A stretch of 32,000 bases of DNA from an uncultured Actinomycetes bacterium (GTDB lineage: Bacteria; Actinomycetota; Actinomycetes; S36-B12; CAIYMF01). The notes under the pieces are model-generated. The model saw only the letters and a list, made by a program, of their open reading frames with translations. It did not search any database and was not told the DNA's origin. The stretch lies in assembly GCA_963843975.1 (NCBI GenBank), contig CAWJMG010000003.1, forward strand, positions 2,370,001 through 2,402,000, given 5' to 3'. The position numbers were made by a program, and so were the translations under genes. Position 1 is the first letter of the stretch. Every line of letters begins with the position of its first letter. Shown here piece by piece: positions 22,422 through 31,692 of the stretch.

Positions 22422-23326
22422 GGTGCGCTCCTCCGGCTCCCCGCCCGCGGCCCGGGCTGGGACGCATCGTGCCCCACGGCCCCCCGGCACCACAGGCCGA
22501 TCCGGTCGACGAGGTCGGCGGTGACGCCGGACTCCGCGTGCGCGAAGCCGGGCTCCAGCCACTCCTCGGTGCGGTCCGCGGCTCCGCGGTCGGCCGCTCC
22601 CGCGCGGGCAGCGGCCACGATCGAGCGGGCGTGCTCGACCGGGAAATAGGTGTCGCGGTCGCCGTGGACGACGAGCAGGGGCAGGGGCGCGATGAGCGAC
22701 GCGGACTCGGACGGAGAGAGCGGGAACGGCTCCTGCCACTCGTTCGGCGTGACCCGGGTGCCGAAGCCGTGCCGCAGGACCGCGCGGCCGACCGGCGAGG
22801 CGACCGCCGTGTGCAGCAGCCGCATCGGCGCCGTGCCCTTGTAGAACCAGAAGCCTGCGGCGCTCACGGACGCGACCGCGTCGGCACCCTCGCGCCCCGT
22901 GCGCTCGGTGAGGGCCGCGTGCCGCAGCACGACCGACCCGCCCATCGAGAAGCCCACCGTCACGACCCGGTCGTGACCCAGCCACCTCGCCCAGGCCACG
23001 GCCGCGTCGAGGTCGAGCACCTCGTCGTCGCCGAGGGTGGTGACGCCGGACGAGCGCCCGTGGCCGCGGGCGTCGTACGACACGACGGCGGCGTGCGCGC
23101 TCAGCGCCTGTGCGATCGCGCGGTTATCGGGCCGTCGCCAGCTTCCGGTGAAGCCGTGCGCGACGACGATCGCGAGCCCCGCGGGCGGCCCGGCGTGACA
23201 GAGCCGCGCGTCGTACGCCGCCGACACGCGCTGACCGTCGGCCGTGAGCAGCGTGACGACCCGCTCCGGGTCGTGCACGGGGTGCCGGGACGACGGTCGC
23301 AGATCCACCTTGCTAGTCTCTCCCAC
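22418..23326 (-). CDS. Alpha/beta hydrolase
   Basis: 302-aa ORF with the GFSMGG nucleophile elbow, an HGFTG oxyanion region and VVHGDRD / late His. Its stop overlaps the MoaD-like start as GTGA. Confidence 0.85.
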   Translation of the reverse strand: MGETSKVDLRPSSRHPVHDPERVVTLLTADGQRVSAAYDARLCHAGPPAGLAIVVAHGFTGSWRRPDNRAIAQALSAHAAVVSYDARGHGRSSGVTTLGDDEVLDLDAAVAWARWLGHDRVVTVGFSMGGSVVLRHAALTERTGREGADAVASVSAAGFWFYKGTAPMRLLHTAVASPVGRAVLRHGFGTRVTPNEWQEPFPLSPSESASLIAPLPLLVVHGDRDTYFPVEHARSIVAAARAGAADRGAADRTEEWLEPGFAHAESGVTADLVDRIGLWCRGAVGHDASQPGPRAGSRRSAP

Positions 23327-23412
23327 GAGGACCCCGGCGATGACGCCGAACGGGTCCTCTCGCGCTTAGAGGACCGGAGAACCCGGACCCGGCGTCGACG
23401 GGAGGAGGCCGC

Positions 23413-24132
23413 GTGCCCTCGCTGCTGCTGCTGACCAACGCCCTGCTGCCCTCGTCCGAGGTGCTCCCCGCGCTCGGCCTGCTGTCGCACCACGTGCGCG
23501 TGCTCCCCGCGGAGGCGACCGCCCTGCTCGACGCACCGGCGTGCGACGCGATCCTCGTCGACGGCCGCCGCGACCTCCCCCAGGTCCGCAGCTTCACGCG
23601 CCTCCTGCGCACGACCGGCGTCGACGTCCCCGTCGTGCTCATCACGACCGAGGGCGGCCTCGTCGGCGTCACCGCCGAGTGGGGCGTCGACGACGTCGTG
23701 CTCGAGACCGCCGGCCCGGCCGAGGTCGACGCGCGCCTCCGCCTCGCGATCGGTCGGCTCGCCCGCGCCGTCGAGGACGACGTCCCCGACGAGATCCGCA
23801 GCGGCGACGTCTCGATCGACGAGGCGACGTACACCGCCCGTGTGCGCGGCCGGGTGCTCGACCTCACCTACAAGGAGTTCGAGCTCCTGAAGTTCCTCGC
23901 CCAGCACCCGGGACGCGTGTTCAGCCGCGCCCAGCTGCTGCAAGAGGTCTGGGGCTACGACTACTTCGGCGGCACCCGCACGGTGGACGTCCACGTGCGA
24001 CGCCTCCGCGCCAAGCTCGGCCCCGAGCACGAGTCCGTCATCGGCACCGTGCGCAACGTCGGCTACCGCTTCGTCATCGCACCCCCGCGCGACGAGATCG
24101 TGGTCATCCCGGAGCCCGCGCCCGTCGGCTGA
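23413..24132 (+). CDS. glnR: GlnR, OmpR-family orphan response regulator of nitrogen metabolism
   Basis: 239-aa ORF with a GTG start. Near-collinear with Streptomyces/Mycobacterium GlnR as I recall it: [32 protein letters not shown] and [57 protein letters not shown]. Confidence 0.9.
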   Translation: MPSLLLLTNALLPSSEVLPALGLLSHHVRVLPAEATALLDAPACDAILVDGRRDLPQVRSFTRLLRTTGVDVPVVLITTEGGLVGVTAEWGVDDVVLETAGPAEVDARLRLAIGRLARAVEDDVPDEIRSGDVSIDEATYTARVRGRVLDLTYKEFELLKFLAQHPGRVFSRAQLLQEVWGYDYFGGTRTVDVHVRRLRAKLGPEHESVIGTVRNVGYRFVIAPPRDEIVVIPEPAPVG

Positions 24133-24180
24133 TACGCACCGGCGCCGTTCGGCTGCCGACCCGGCACGTAGGGTCGGCCC

Positions 24181-25221
24181 GTGGACGTGCAGTGGGAGGT
24201 GCTCCGGCACCTCGACGAGACCGACGTGCGTGATGTCGGCGTGCTCGTCGAGCAGGTGACCGAGACCGACGGCGTCCGGCCGCTGTCCGAGCACGTGATG
24301 CTGCACCTGCGCTACGGCGGCGACGTCGACGTCCGCCACGTCCTGGCGCGTTCGGACGGCCGCCTCGTCGGCTACGCGCACCTCGACGTCACCGACAAGG
24401 TCGCAGGCTCCAGCGCCGAGCTGGCGGTCGCTCCGGCCGGCCGACGCCAGGGCGTGGGCCACGACCTCGTGCAGCACCTGCTGGACGAGGTCCCCGACGG
24501 TCGCCTCCGGCTGTGGTCGCACGGCGAGCAGGGCGGGGCCGCACCGCTCGCGGCGTCCCTCGGATTCACCCGCAGCCGCATGCTGTGGCAGATGCGCCGT
24601 TCGCTGGCCATGGCCCTCCCGGCACCCGTTCTCCCGGACGGCGTCCGGCTGCGCTCGTTCCTCCCCGGCCTCGACGACGAGGAGTGGATCGCGCTCAACG
24701 CCGCTGCCTTCGTCGACCTGCCCGACCAGGGGGGCTGGGACCTCGAGGACCTCCACGTGCGGATGCGCGAGCCGTGGTTCGACCCGGCCGGGTTCCTCGT
24801 CGCGACCGAGGACGGCCCGGACGGTGAGCGGATGGTCGGCTTCCACTGGACGAAGGTGCACGGCGCCGACCACGACCATCACGAGCACCCCGATGGCGGG
24901 GCGGACGCGGACCACGGGGCGCACGACCACGACCGCGGTCACGACCACGACCACGGCGGCCCGCAGGACCACGAGCACGGCCACGGGCACGAGCCCATCG
25001 GCGAGGTCTACGTCGTCGGCGTCGGCCCCGACCAGCAGGGGCGCGGGCTCGGCCGAGCGCTGACCCTGGCCGGGCTGAACTACCTGCGCACCCGCGGCCT
25101 GCCGGACGCGATGCTGTACGTCGACGCCAGCAACACCGCCGCGATCGCGCTGTACGAGAGCCTGGGTTTCAGCCGCTGGGACGTCGACGTCGAGTTCACC
25201 AGCCCTCCGCGCCCGGCCTGA
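24181..25221 (+). CDS. mshD: Mycothiol synthase (tandem GNAT) with a His/Asp-rich insertion
   Basis: 346-aa ORF with a GTG start and two GNAT halves ([15 protein letters not shown].. and [20 protein letters not shown]..). Its position between glnR and ppk is conserved in actinobacteria. Confidence 0.88.
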   Translation: MDVQWEVLRHLDETDVRDVGVLVEQVTETDGVRPLSEHVMLHLRYGGDVDVRHVLARSDGRLVGYAHLDVTDKVAGSSAELAVAPAGRRQGVGHDLVQHLLDEVPDGRLRLWSHGEQGGAAPLAASLGFTRSRMLWQMRRSLAMALPAPVLPDGVRLRSFLPGLDDEEWIALNAAAFVDLPDQGGWDLEDLHVRMREPWFDPAGFLVATEDGPDGERMVGFHWTKVHGADHDHHEHPDGGADADHGAHDHDRGHDHDHGGPQDHEHGHGHEPIGEVYVVGVGPDQQGRGLGRALTLAGLNYLRTRGLPDAMLYVDASNTAAIALYESLGFSRWDVDVEFTSPPRPA

Positions 25222-25280
25222 CCTGCACCGATCCGCCGTCCGGACGGGTCTCGTTCACCCGGGTCTGGCAAGGTGGACCC

Positions 25281-27413
25281 ATGACGACACCCCTGGATGC
25301 CGAGGTGTCCCCGCAGCCCGAGGAGCCGGTGCTCGCACCGCTGCCGGAGGACCGTTTCCTCGACCGCGAGCTGTCCTGGCTCGCGTTCAACGAGCGGGTG
25401 CTCGAGCTCGCCGAGGACCCGAGGCTCCCGCTGCTCGAGCGCGCCAAGTTCCTCGCCATCTTCGCGAGCAACCTCGACGAGTTCTTCATGGTCCGGGTCG
25501 CCGGCCTCAAGCGACGCATCGCCACCGGGATCGCCGTCCGCGCTGCCAGCGGAGCCATGCCGCGCGAGGTCCTCGAGAGCATCTTCGCCAAGGCGTCGGA
25601 CCTCATGCAGCGCCAGGCCTCGCTGTTCCACACGACCATCGAGCCGGCGCTGGCCGCCGAGGGCATCGAGGTCCTGCGGTGGGACGAGGCGTCAGCCGCC
25701 GAGCGCGACCAGCTGACGTCGTTCTTCAAGAACAAGGTGTTCCCCGTCCTGACGCCGCTGGCCGTCGACCCCGCGCACCCGTTCCCCTACATCAGCGGGC
25801 TGTCCCTCAACCTCGCGGTCGTCGTCCGCAACCCGAGCAGCGGCACCGAGCTCTTCGCCCGTGTGAAGGTGCCGCCGATCCTCGAGCGCTTCGTGCTGGT
25901 CGGCCCTCAGCGCTTCGTGCCGCTCGAGGACGTCATCGCCGCACACCTCGGCGAGCTCTTCCCCGGCATGGAGGTGCTGCAGCACCACACCTTCCGCGTC
26001 ACGCGCAACGAGGACCTCGAGGTCGAGGAGGACGACGCCGAGAACCTCCTGCAGGCCCTCGAGCGCGAGCTCATGCGTCGCCGCTTCGGGCCACCTGTGC
26101 GCCTCGAGGTGACGCAGTCCATCGACCCGCACGTGCTCGACCTGCTCATCCGCGAGCTCGGCATCGGCAGCGGCGAGGTCGTGCGCATCCCCGGCCTGCT
26201 GGACCTCACCGCGCTCTGGGCCGTCGACCGGCTCCCCCGCGACGACCTCAAGCTGCCTGCCTTCCTGCCGCGCACGAGCCGGGAGCTCACCGAGGCCGAC
26301 ACCGCCTCGGCACCGGACGTGCTCGAGGCGATGCGCGACCACGACGTCCTCCTGCACCACCCGTACGACGCCTTCTCGACGAGCGTCCAGCGCTTCCTCG
26401 AGCAGGCCGCGACCGACCCCAAGGTCCTCGCGATCAAGCAGACGCTCTACCGCACCAGCGGCGACTCGCCCATCGTCGACGCGCTCGTGGCTGCGGCCGA
26501 GGAGGGCAAGCAGGTCCTCGCGATCGTCGAGATCAAGGCCCGCTTCGACGAGCAGGCCAACATCGACTGGGCGCGCAAGCTCGAGCAGGCCGGCTGCCAC
26601 GTCGTCTACGGGCTCGTCGGCCTCAAGACCCACTGCAAGCTCTCCATGGTCGTGCGCGACGACGGCGACAAGCTGCGCCGCTACCTCCACATCGGCACGG
26701 GCAACTACCACCCGAAGACCGCTCGGCTCTACGAGGACGTCGGTCTGCTCACCACCGACCCCGAGGTCGGCGAGGACGTCGCCCGCCTGTTCAACGTGCT
26801 CTCCGGCTACTCCATGGAGACCGAGTACCGCCGGCTCCTGGTCGCACCCCACTCGGTGCGCTCGGGCCTCGTCGAGCGGATCGAGCGCGAGGTCGAGCAC
26901 CACCGCAACGGGCAGCCCGCGCACATCACGTTCAAGTGCAACTCCATCGTCGACGAGGCCACCATCGACGCCCTCTACCGGGCGTCGCAGGCCGGCGTGA
27001 TGGTCGACGTGTGGGTCCGCGGCATCTGCGCGCTGCGACCCGGCGTACCGGGGATGTCGGAGAACATCCGCGTGCGCAGCGTCCTCGGCCGCTTCCTCGA
27101 GCACTCGCGCATCTACCGGTTCGAGAACGGCGGCGAGCCGGAGGTGTGGATCGGCTCCGCCGACCTCATGCACCGCAACCTCGACCGACGGATCGAGGTG
27201 CTCGTGCGTCTCGGGAGCCCCAAGCACGTCGCCGGCCTGAGCACGCTCCTCGACCTCGCGTTCGACGAGGGCACGAGCACGTGGCACCTCGGGGCGGACG
27301 GCACGTGGACACGCGTCTCGACCACGCCCGACGGTGCGCCGCTCGTCGACGTCCAGAGCGCACTCATCGCCCGGCGGCACGTCCGTGCCGCCGCTGCCGG
27401 GCCGAGCGTCTAG
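25281..27413 (+). CDS. ppk1: Polyphosphate kinase 1
   Basis: 710-aa ORF. Motifs are [40 protein letters not shown] and HCKLSMVVR, plus HxK PLD-like motifs. Confidence 0.97.
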   Translation: MTTPLDAEVSPQPEEPVLAPLPEDRFLDRELSWLAFNERVLELAEDPRLPLLERAKFLAIFASNLDEFFMVRVAGLKRRIATGIAVRAASGAMPREVLESIFAKASDLMQRQASLFHTTIEPALAAEGIEVLRWDEASAAERDQLTSFFKNKVFPVLTPLAVDPAHPFPYISGLSLNLAVVVRNPSSGTELFARVKVPPILERFVLVGPQRFVPLEDVIAAHLGELFPGMEVLQHHTFRVTRNEDLEVEEDDAENLLQALERELMRRRFGPPVRLEVTQSIDPHVLDLLIRELGIGSGEVVRIPGLLDLTALWAVDRLPRDDLKLPAFLPRTSRELTEADTASAPDVLEAMRDHDVLLHHPYDAFSTSVQRFLEQAATDPKVLAIKQTLYRTSGDSPIVDALVAAAEEGKQVLAIVEIKARFDEQANIDWARKLEQAGCHVVYGLVGLKTHCKLSMVVRDDGDKLRRYLHIGTGNYHPKTARLYEDVGLLTTDPEVGEDVARLFNVLSGYSMETEYRRLLVAPHSVRSGLVERIEREVEHHRNGQPAHITFKCNSIVDEATIDALYRASQAGVMVDVWVRGICALRPGVPGMSENIRVRSVLGRFLEHSRIYRFENGGEPEVWIGSADLMHRNLDRRIEVLVRLGSPKHVAGLSTLLDLAFDEGTSTWHLGADGTWTRVSTTPDGAPLVDVQSALIARRHVRAAAAGPSV

Positions 27414-27456
27414 CAGCAACCGCCGGTGACGGCATGACGGTCGTGAAGGGCGGGTC

Positions 27457-28452
27457 GTGAGCGCGGACGGCACCGACGGGGAGCCTCCGGCGCGGCCGGA
27501 TCCCGACCTCGTGCTGCCCCCGCCCGTGCCCGTCGGCCCCCACTCCACGGCAGGTGTCGCCGTCATGGCGCACCTGCGGCGGCACGTGGCCGCCCTGCTC
27601 GACGCCGATGCCGGCCTCGACGCCGACCTCCCCGACGCCGTCCACCAGGCCCGAGTCTCGGCGCGCCGGCTGCGCTCGGGGCTGAAGGTCTACGGCGACC
27701 TCCTCCGCGGAAGCACGCCGACCCGCCTGCGCGACGAGCTCGGCTGGTACGCCGGGCTGCTGTCGCCGTCGCGCGACCTGGAGGTGTTCGCCGAGCAGCT
27801 GGCCCGGCTCGCGCAGGGCGGGGAGGACGCCGCTTCTGCCGGGTTCGACCCAGCCACGGACTTCGTCACCCTGGCCGCGACGCTGACGCCGTGGCTGGCC
27901 GCGCGACGAGCCCGCAGCCACGCCGCCGCGCTCGAGGACCTGCGCTCGGCCCGCGCCGCGTCGCTGCGTCGCGACCTCGTCCGCAACGCCCGCGAACCGC
28001 TCTTCGAGCGCCGGGCCGCCCGCCCCGCGGGCAAGGTCCTGTCGCCTCGCGTGCTCGAGGCCGATCGTCGGGCCGCGCGTCGCTTCGAGGCGCTCGAGTC
28101 GGAGTCGCCCGCCGACGCGTGGCACCTGGCGCGGATCGCTGCGAAGCGGGCGCGGTACGCGGCCGAGGTCGGCGTCGGGCCGCTCGGCAGACCGGCAGAG
28201 AACCTCGCCCGCCTGTGGATCGAGGTCACCGAGCCGCTCGGCGACGCGCAGGACGCGGCGGTCCAGCGCGGACTCGTGCTGGACAGGATCGGCGACCCGG
28301 CCGCTCCGCTGTCGGCCGGCGAGGCCTTCACATGCGGTGTCTTCGTGGCCTCGACGCACGACCGCGAGCTGGTCGCGCGCGAGCGGGCGCGCGCGGGCTG
28401 GGCCGAGAGCCGCGGGCGGCACAAGGACCTGCGACGGGCGCTGGGGGGCTGA
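27457..28452 (+). CDS. CHAD-domain protein
   Basis: 331-aa ORF with a GTG start. Contains VHQARVSARRLRSGLKVY, SPSRDLEV and WHLARIAAKRARYAAE, which are typical conserved-His/Arg CHAD helices. Confidence 0.82.
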   Translation: MSADGTDGEPPARPDPDLVLPPPVPVGPHSTAGVAVMAHLRRHVAALLDADAGLDADLPDAVHQARVSARRLRSGLKVYGDLLRGSTPTRLRDELGWYAGLLSPSRDLEVFAEQLARLAQGGEDAASAGFDPATDFVTLAATLTPWLAARRARSHAAALEDLRSARAASLRRDLVRNAREPLFERRAARPAGKVLSPRVLEADRRAARRFEALESESPADAWHLARIAAKRARYAAEVGVGPLGRPAENLARLWIEVTEPLGDAQDAAVQRGLVLDRIGDPAAPLSAGEAFTCGVFVASTHDRELVARERARAGWAESRGRHKDLRRALGG

Positions 28453-28458
28453 CGCGCG

Positions 28459-29391
28459 GTGGCGAAGAAGAAGACGGAGCGCATCGAGGCTGCCGGCGTG
28501 GTGCTCGTGCGCCAGGGCGAGCACGGCCCCGAGGTGGCGGTCGTGCACCGTCCGCACCGGTCGGACTGGTCGCTCCCCAAGGGCAAGCTCGACGTCGACG
28601 AGCGGCACGACGTCGCCGCGGTGCGCGAGACGCTCGAGGAGACCGGCGTCCGCTGCGCCCTCGGTCCGTCGCTCGGGAGCCGGTCCTACCAGGTCGCCGG
28701 CGTCCCGAAGCGGGTCCGCTACTGGCGCGCGACCGTCCTCGAGGAGCACGGCCTCGATCCCGCGTCGGAGATCGACGAGGTCCGCTGGCTCAACCGCGAC
28801 GACGCCCACGCCCTGCTCACCTACGACGACGACCGCGCCCTCGTAGACGTCGCCCTTGCCCTGCCCGACACCTACCCCACGATCGTGCTGAGGCACGCGC
28901 GGGCGACCAAGCGGGCGGTGTGGAAGTCCTCGGGCGACCCGCTCGCCGAGGTGGACAGCGAGCGCACGCTCAACCCCTACGGCGTCGAGCAGGCGCAGCG
29001 CCTCGTCCCGGTGCTGGCGGCGTACGCCCCCGTCCACGTCGTGTCGTCGTCGTCCCGGCGCTGCCGCGACACCGTGACCCCCTACGCAGACACGCTGGGC
29101 ATCGGGCCGCGGCTCGCGCCCGAGCTGTCCGAGGAGGGCTGCCGCGAGTTCCCGGAGGCTACTGCCGGGGTGGTCCGAGATCTGCTCGGCCTCGACGTGC
29201 CCGCCGTCTGGTGCACGCACCGGCCCGTGCTCGGCACCGTCCTCGGCGCGATCGCCGACGCCTTCGGGCTGCGGCGCGAGGACGGGAGGCTTCCGACCCG
29301 CCTCAACCCGCGGATGCGTCCCGGGAGCGGCGTCGTGCTGCACAGGAGCGCCGACGGCCGCGTCGCGGCCATCGACCGGTTCGAGACGTGA
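28459..29391 (+). CDS. Nudix hydrolase fused to a histidine-phosphatase (SixA-like) domain, MutT1-like
   Basis: 310-aa ORF with a GTG start. The Nudix box is GKLDVDERHDVAAVRETLEETGV. The C-terminal half has IVLRHARA and CTHRPVL, the RHG/H motifs. Confidence 0.85.
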   Translation: MAKKKTERIEAAGVVLVRQGEHGPEVAVVHRPHRSDWSLPKGKLDVDERHDVAAVRETLEETGVRCALGPSLGSRSYQVAGVPKRVRYWRATVLEEHGLDPASEIDEVRWLNRDDAHALLTYDDDRALVDVALALPDTYPTIVLRHARATKRAVWKSSGDPLAEVDSERTLNPYGVEQAQRLVPVLAAYAPVHVVSSSSRRCRDTVTPYADTLGIGPRLAPELSEEGCREFPEATAGVVRDLLGLDVPAVWCTHRPVLGTVLGAIADAFGLRREDGRLPTRLNPRMRPGSGVVLHRSADGRVAAIDRFET

Positions 29392-29428
29392 CCTCCGTCG
29401 CTCGCTGAGCGCCGTCTGGACCGCTTCC

Positions 29429-29450
29429 GTTCACCCGTCGTTCACCTTGG
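29429..29450 (+). promoter_or_regulatory. PHO box: two tandem 11-nt direct repeat units GTTCACCCGTC GTTCACCTTGG
   Basis: Exact GTTCACC cores with 11-nt phasing lie ~73 nt upstream of the pstS GTG. This matches the actinobacterial PhoP direct-repeat-unit consensus G(G/T)TCAYYYR(G/C)G as I recall it. Confidence 0.6.
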
Positions 29451-29522
29451 GACGCCCAACCGGTCAAGTGGCCTCCCTAGCGTCGTGGATGTCAGGAACA
29501 TCCAGGACAAACGGAGGACAGC

Positions 29523-30615
29523 GTGTCCCTCTCCCGCACCCGCGGCCTCGCGGTCGTCATGATCGCCGGGGCTCTCGCCCTCACCGCCTGCGGCTCGGAC
29601 GGCGGCTCCGCCACCGACACCGGCACCGGCGGCACCAGCTCGGCCACCTGCGTCAAGGGCTCGATCAAGGCCTCGGGCTCGAGCGCCCAGAAGAACGCCA
29701 TGGCCGAGTGGATCAACGCCTACCAGGCTGCCTGCCCGGACGCGACCATCGACTACCAGGCGACGGGCTCCGGCGCCGGCGTCACCGACTTCATCAACGG
29801 CCAGACCGCGTTCGCCGGTTCGGACTCCGCCCTCAAGGAGGAGGAGCAGCCGAAGGCCGACGCCCGCTGCAAGGACGGCGCGGCGATCAACATCCCGATG
29901 GTCGGCGGCGCGATCGTCGTGGCCTACAACGTCGAGGGCGTCGACAAGCTGACGCTGACCCCGGACCTCATCGCCGGCATCTTCAACAGCAGCATCACCA
30001 AGTGGAACGACCCGAAGATCGCCGCGGCGAACTCCGGCGTGACGCTCCCCGACGCGACCATCGCGCAGTTCCACCGCAGCGACGAGTCGGGCACCACGGA
30101 CAACTTCACCAAGTTCCTCAAGGCCCAGGCAGCCAGCCTGTGGACCTACGAGGGAGGCAAGGCCTGGACCGCCCCCGGGGGCCAGGGCGCCAAGGGCTCT
30201 GACGGTGTCGCCACCGCGGTGAAGGACACCAAGAACTCGATCGGCTACGTCGAGCTCTCCTTCGCGCTCGATGGCAGCCTCAAGACCGCGTCGGTCGACA
30301 ACGGCGGCGGCGCGATCGAGCCGACCTCGGAGACCGCCGCGAAGACGATCTCGGGCGCCACGATCAAGGGCACGGGCAACAACCTGGCCCTGTCGATCGA
30401 CTACAGCGTCAAGGACGGCTACCCGATCGTGCTGCTGACCTACGAGATCACCTGCGAGAAGGGCCTCACCGGCACCGACCTCGACCTCACCAAGGCGTTC
30501 CTCACCTTCACCGCCAGCGAGGAGGGCCAGGCCAAGCTGCACGGAGATCGGCTACGTCCCCATCGCGGGCGACCTGATCACGAAGGTTCGCGCCGCGGTC
30601 TCCGCCATCGCCTGA
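29523..30615 (+). CDS. pstS: Phosphate ABC transporter substrate-binding lipoprotein PstS; apparent +1 frameshift at ~30540 near the 3' end
   Basis: GTG after GGAGGA, with lipobox LALTAC. Motifs are ASGSSAQ, GTGSGAG-like ATGSGAGV and RSDESGTT. As read, the ORF runs to 30680 with an Arg/His-rich tail. Shifting one base at 30540 gives TEIGYVPIAGDLITKVRAAVSAIA-stop at 30615, the canonical PstS C-terminus. Confidence 0.88.
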
Positions 30616-30629
30616 CCCGGCTAGTGTCT

Positions 30630-30663
30630 CCAGGGGTGGCGGGCTGCGGCCTGCCACCCCTGG
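30630..30663 (+). terminator. Hairpin between pstS and pstC (attenuator/terminator)
   Basis: ccaggggtggc (30630-30640) pairs with gccacccctgg (30653-30663), an 11-bp perfect stem, 15 nt after the homology-supported pstS stop. Confidence 0.6.
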
Positions 30664-30699
30664 AGCGCATCCACTCCTGACGAACACGGCGGTCATCCG

Positions 30700-31692
30700 A
30701 TGAGCACGGCAGTCGAGCCCCCCGGCACCCCGTCGTCGGCCCCTGCGGCGGACGACATCAAGGGACAGGCGGTGCGCCGAGGCGACCGCGTCTTCCTCGG
30801 GCTCTCCCGCGGGGCGGGCGTGCTGATCCTCGCGATCATGGCCGCCATCGCCGCCTTCCTGATCTGGCGGGCGATCCCCAGCCTCCAGGCCAACACAGCC
30901 AACTTCTTCACCGAGACCCAGTGGTCGCCCGACGCCAAGCCGGCGTTCTTCGGCATCGCGGCCCTGGCCTTCGGCACGCTGATGACCTCGATCATCGCCA
31001 TGCTCCTCGCCGTCCCCGTCGGGATCGGCATCGCGCTGTTCATCGCGCACTACGCCGGACGCCGGCTCGCCGCCGTCCTCGGGTTCGTCACCGACCTGCT
31101 GGCGGCGGTCCCGTCGATCATCTTCGGCATGTGGGGGCTCGCCTTCCTCATGCCGCAGATGGAGGGCCTGCTGACCTGGCTCAACGACTACCTGGGCTTC
31201 ATCCCGCTCTTCCGCAACGACCTCGACCAGTACACGCGCTCGCTCGCGATCGCCGGCATCGTCCTCGCGATCATGATCCTGCCGACCATCTCCGCGATCA
31301 GCCGCGAGGTGTTCGTCCAGACGCCGAGGGCGCACATCGAGGCCTCGCTCGCCCTCGGGGCGACGCGGTGGGAGATGGTGCGGATGGCGATCTTCCCCTT
31401 CGCCAAGCCCGGCATGATCTCCGCCTCGATGCTCGGCCTCGGCCGTGCGCTCGGCGAGACCATCGCCGTCGCGCTCATCCTGTCGGCGTCCTTCGACATC
31501 AACTGGCACATCACCGAGCCCGGTGGCACGACCTTCGCGGCGAACATCGCGCTCAAATGGAACGAGGCAGGCCCCATCGGCCTCTCGGCCCTCATCGCCA
31601 GCGGTCTCGTGCTCTTCGTCATCACGCTCGCGGTGAACATGGCCGCCCGCATCGTCATCGCACGCCGCGCCGACTTCTCGGGGGCGAACTGA
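30700..31692 (+). CDS. pstC: Phosphate ABC transporter permease PstC
   Basis: 330-aa ORF with multiple TM segments and the EAA-like loop (ASLALGATRWEMV). Confidence 0.94.
   Translation: MSTAVEPPGTPSSAPAADDIKGQAVRRGDRVFLGLSRGAGVLILAIMAAIAAFLIWRAIPSLQANTANFFTETQWSPDAKPAFFGIAALAFGTLMTSIIAMLLAVPVGIGIALFIAHYAGRRLAAVLGFVTDLLAAVPSIIFGMWGLAFLMPQMEGLLTWLNDYLGFIPLFRNDLDQYTRSLAIAGIVLAIMILPTISAISREVFVQTPRAHIEASLALGATRWEMVRMAIFPFAKPGMISASMLGLGRALGETIAVALILSASFDINWHITEPGGTTFAANIALKWNEAGPIGLSALIASGLVLFVITLAVNMAARIVIARRADFSGAN

Noticed and set aside
23101-24990. 629-aa minus-strand ORF antisense to glnR and mshD. Similar cases are 25692..27566(-), 27364..29343(-), 29442..30542(-) and 30508..31509(-).
   Set aside because: These are antisense shadow ORFs of strongly supported plus-strand genes (glnR, mshD, ppk1, CHAD, Nudix, pstS, pstC). 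Their composition is dominated by Arg/Gly/Asp/Val, and they have no motifs and no RBS.
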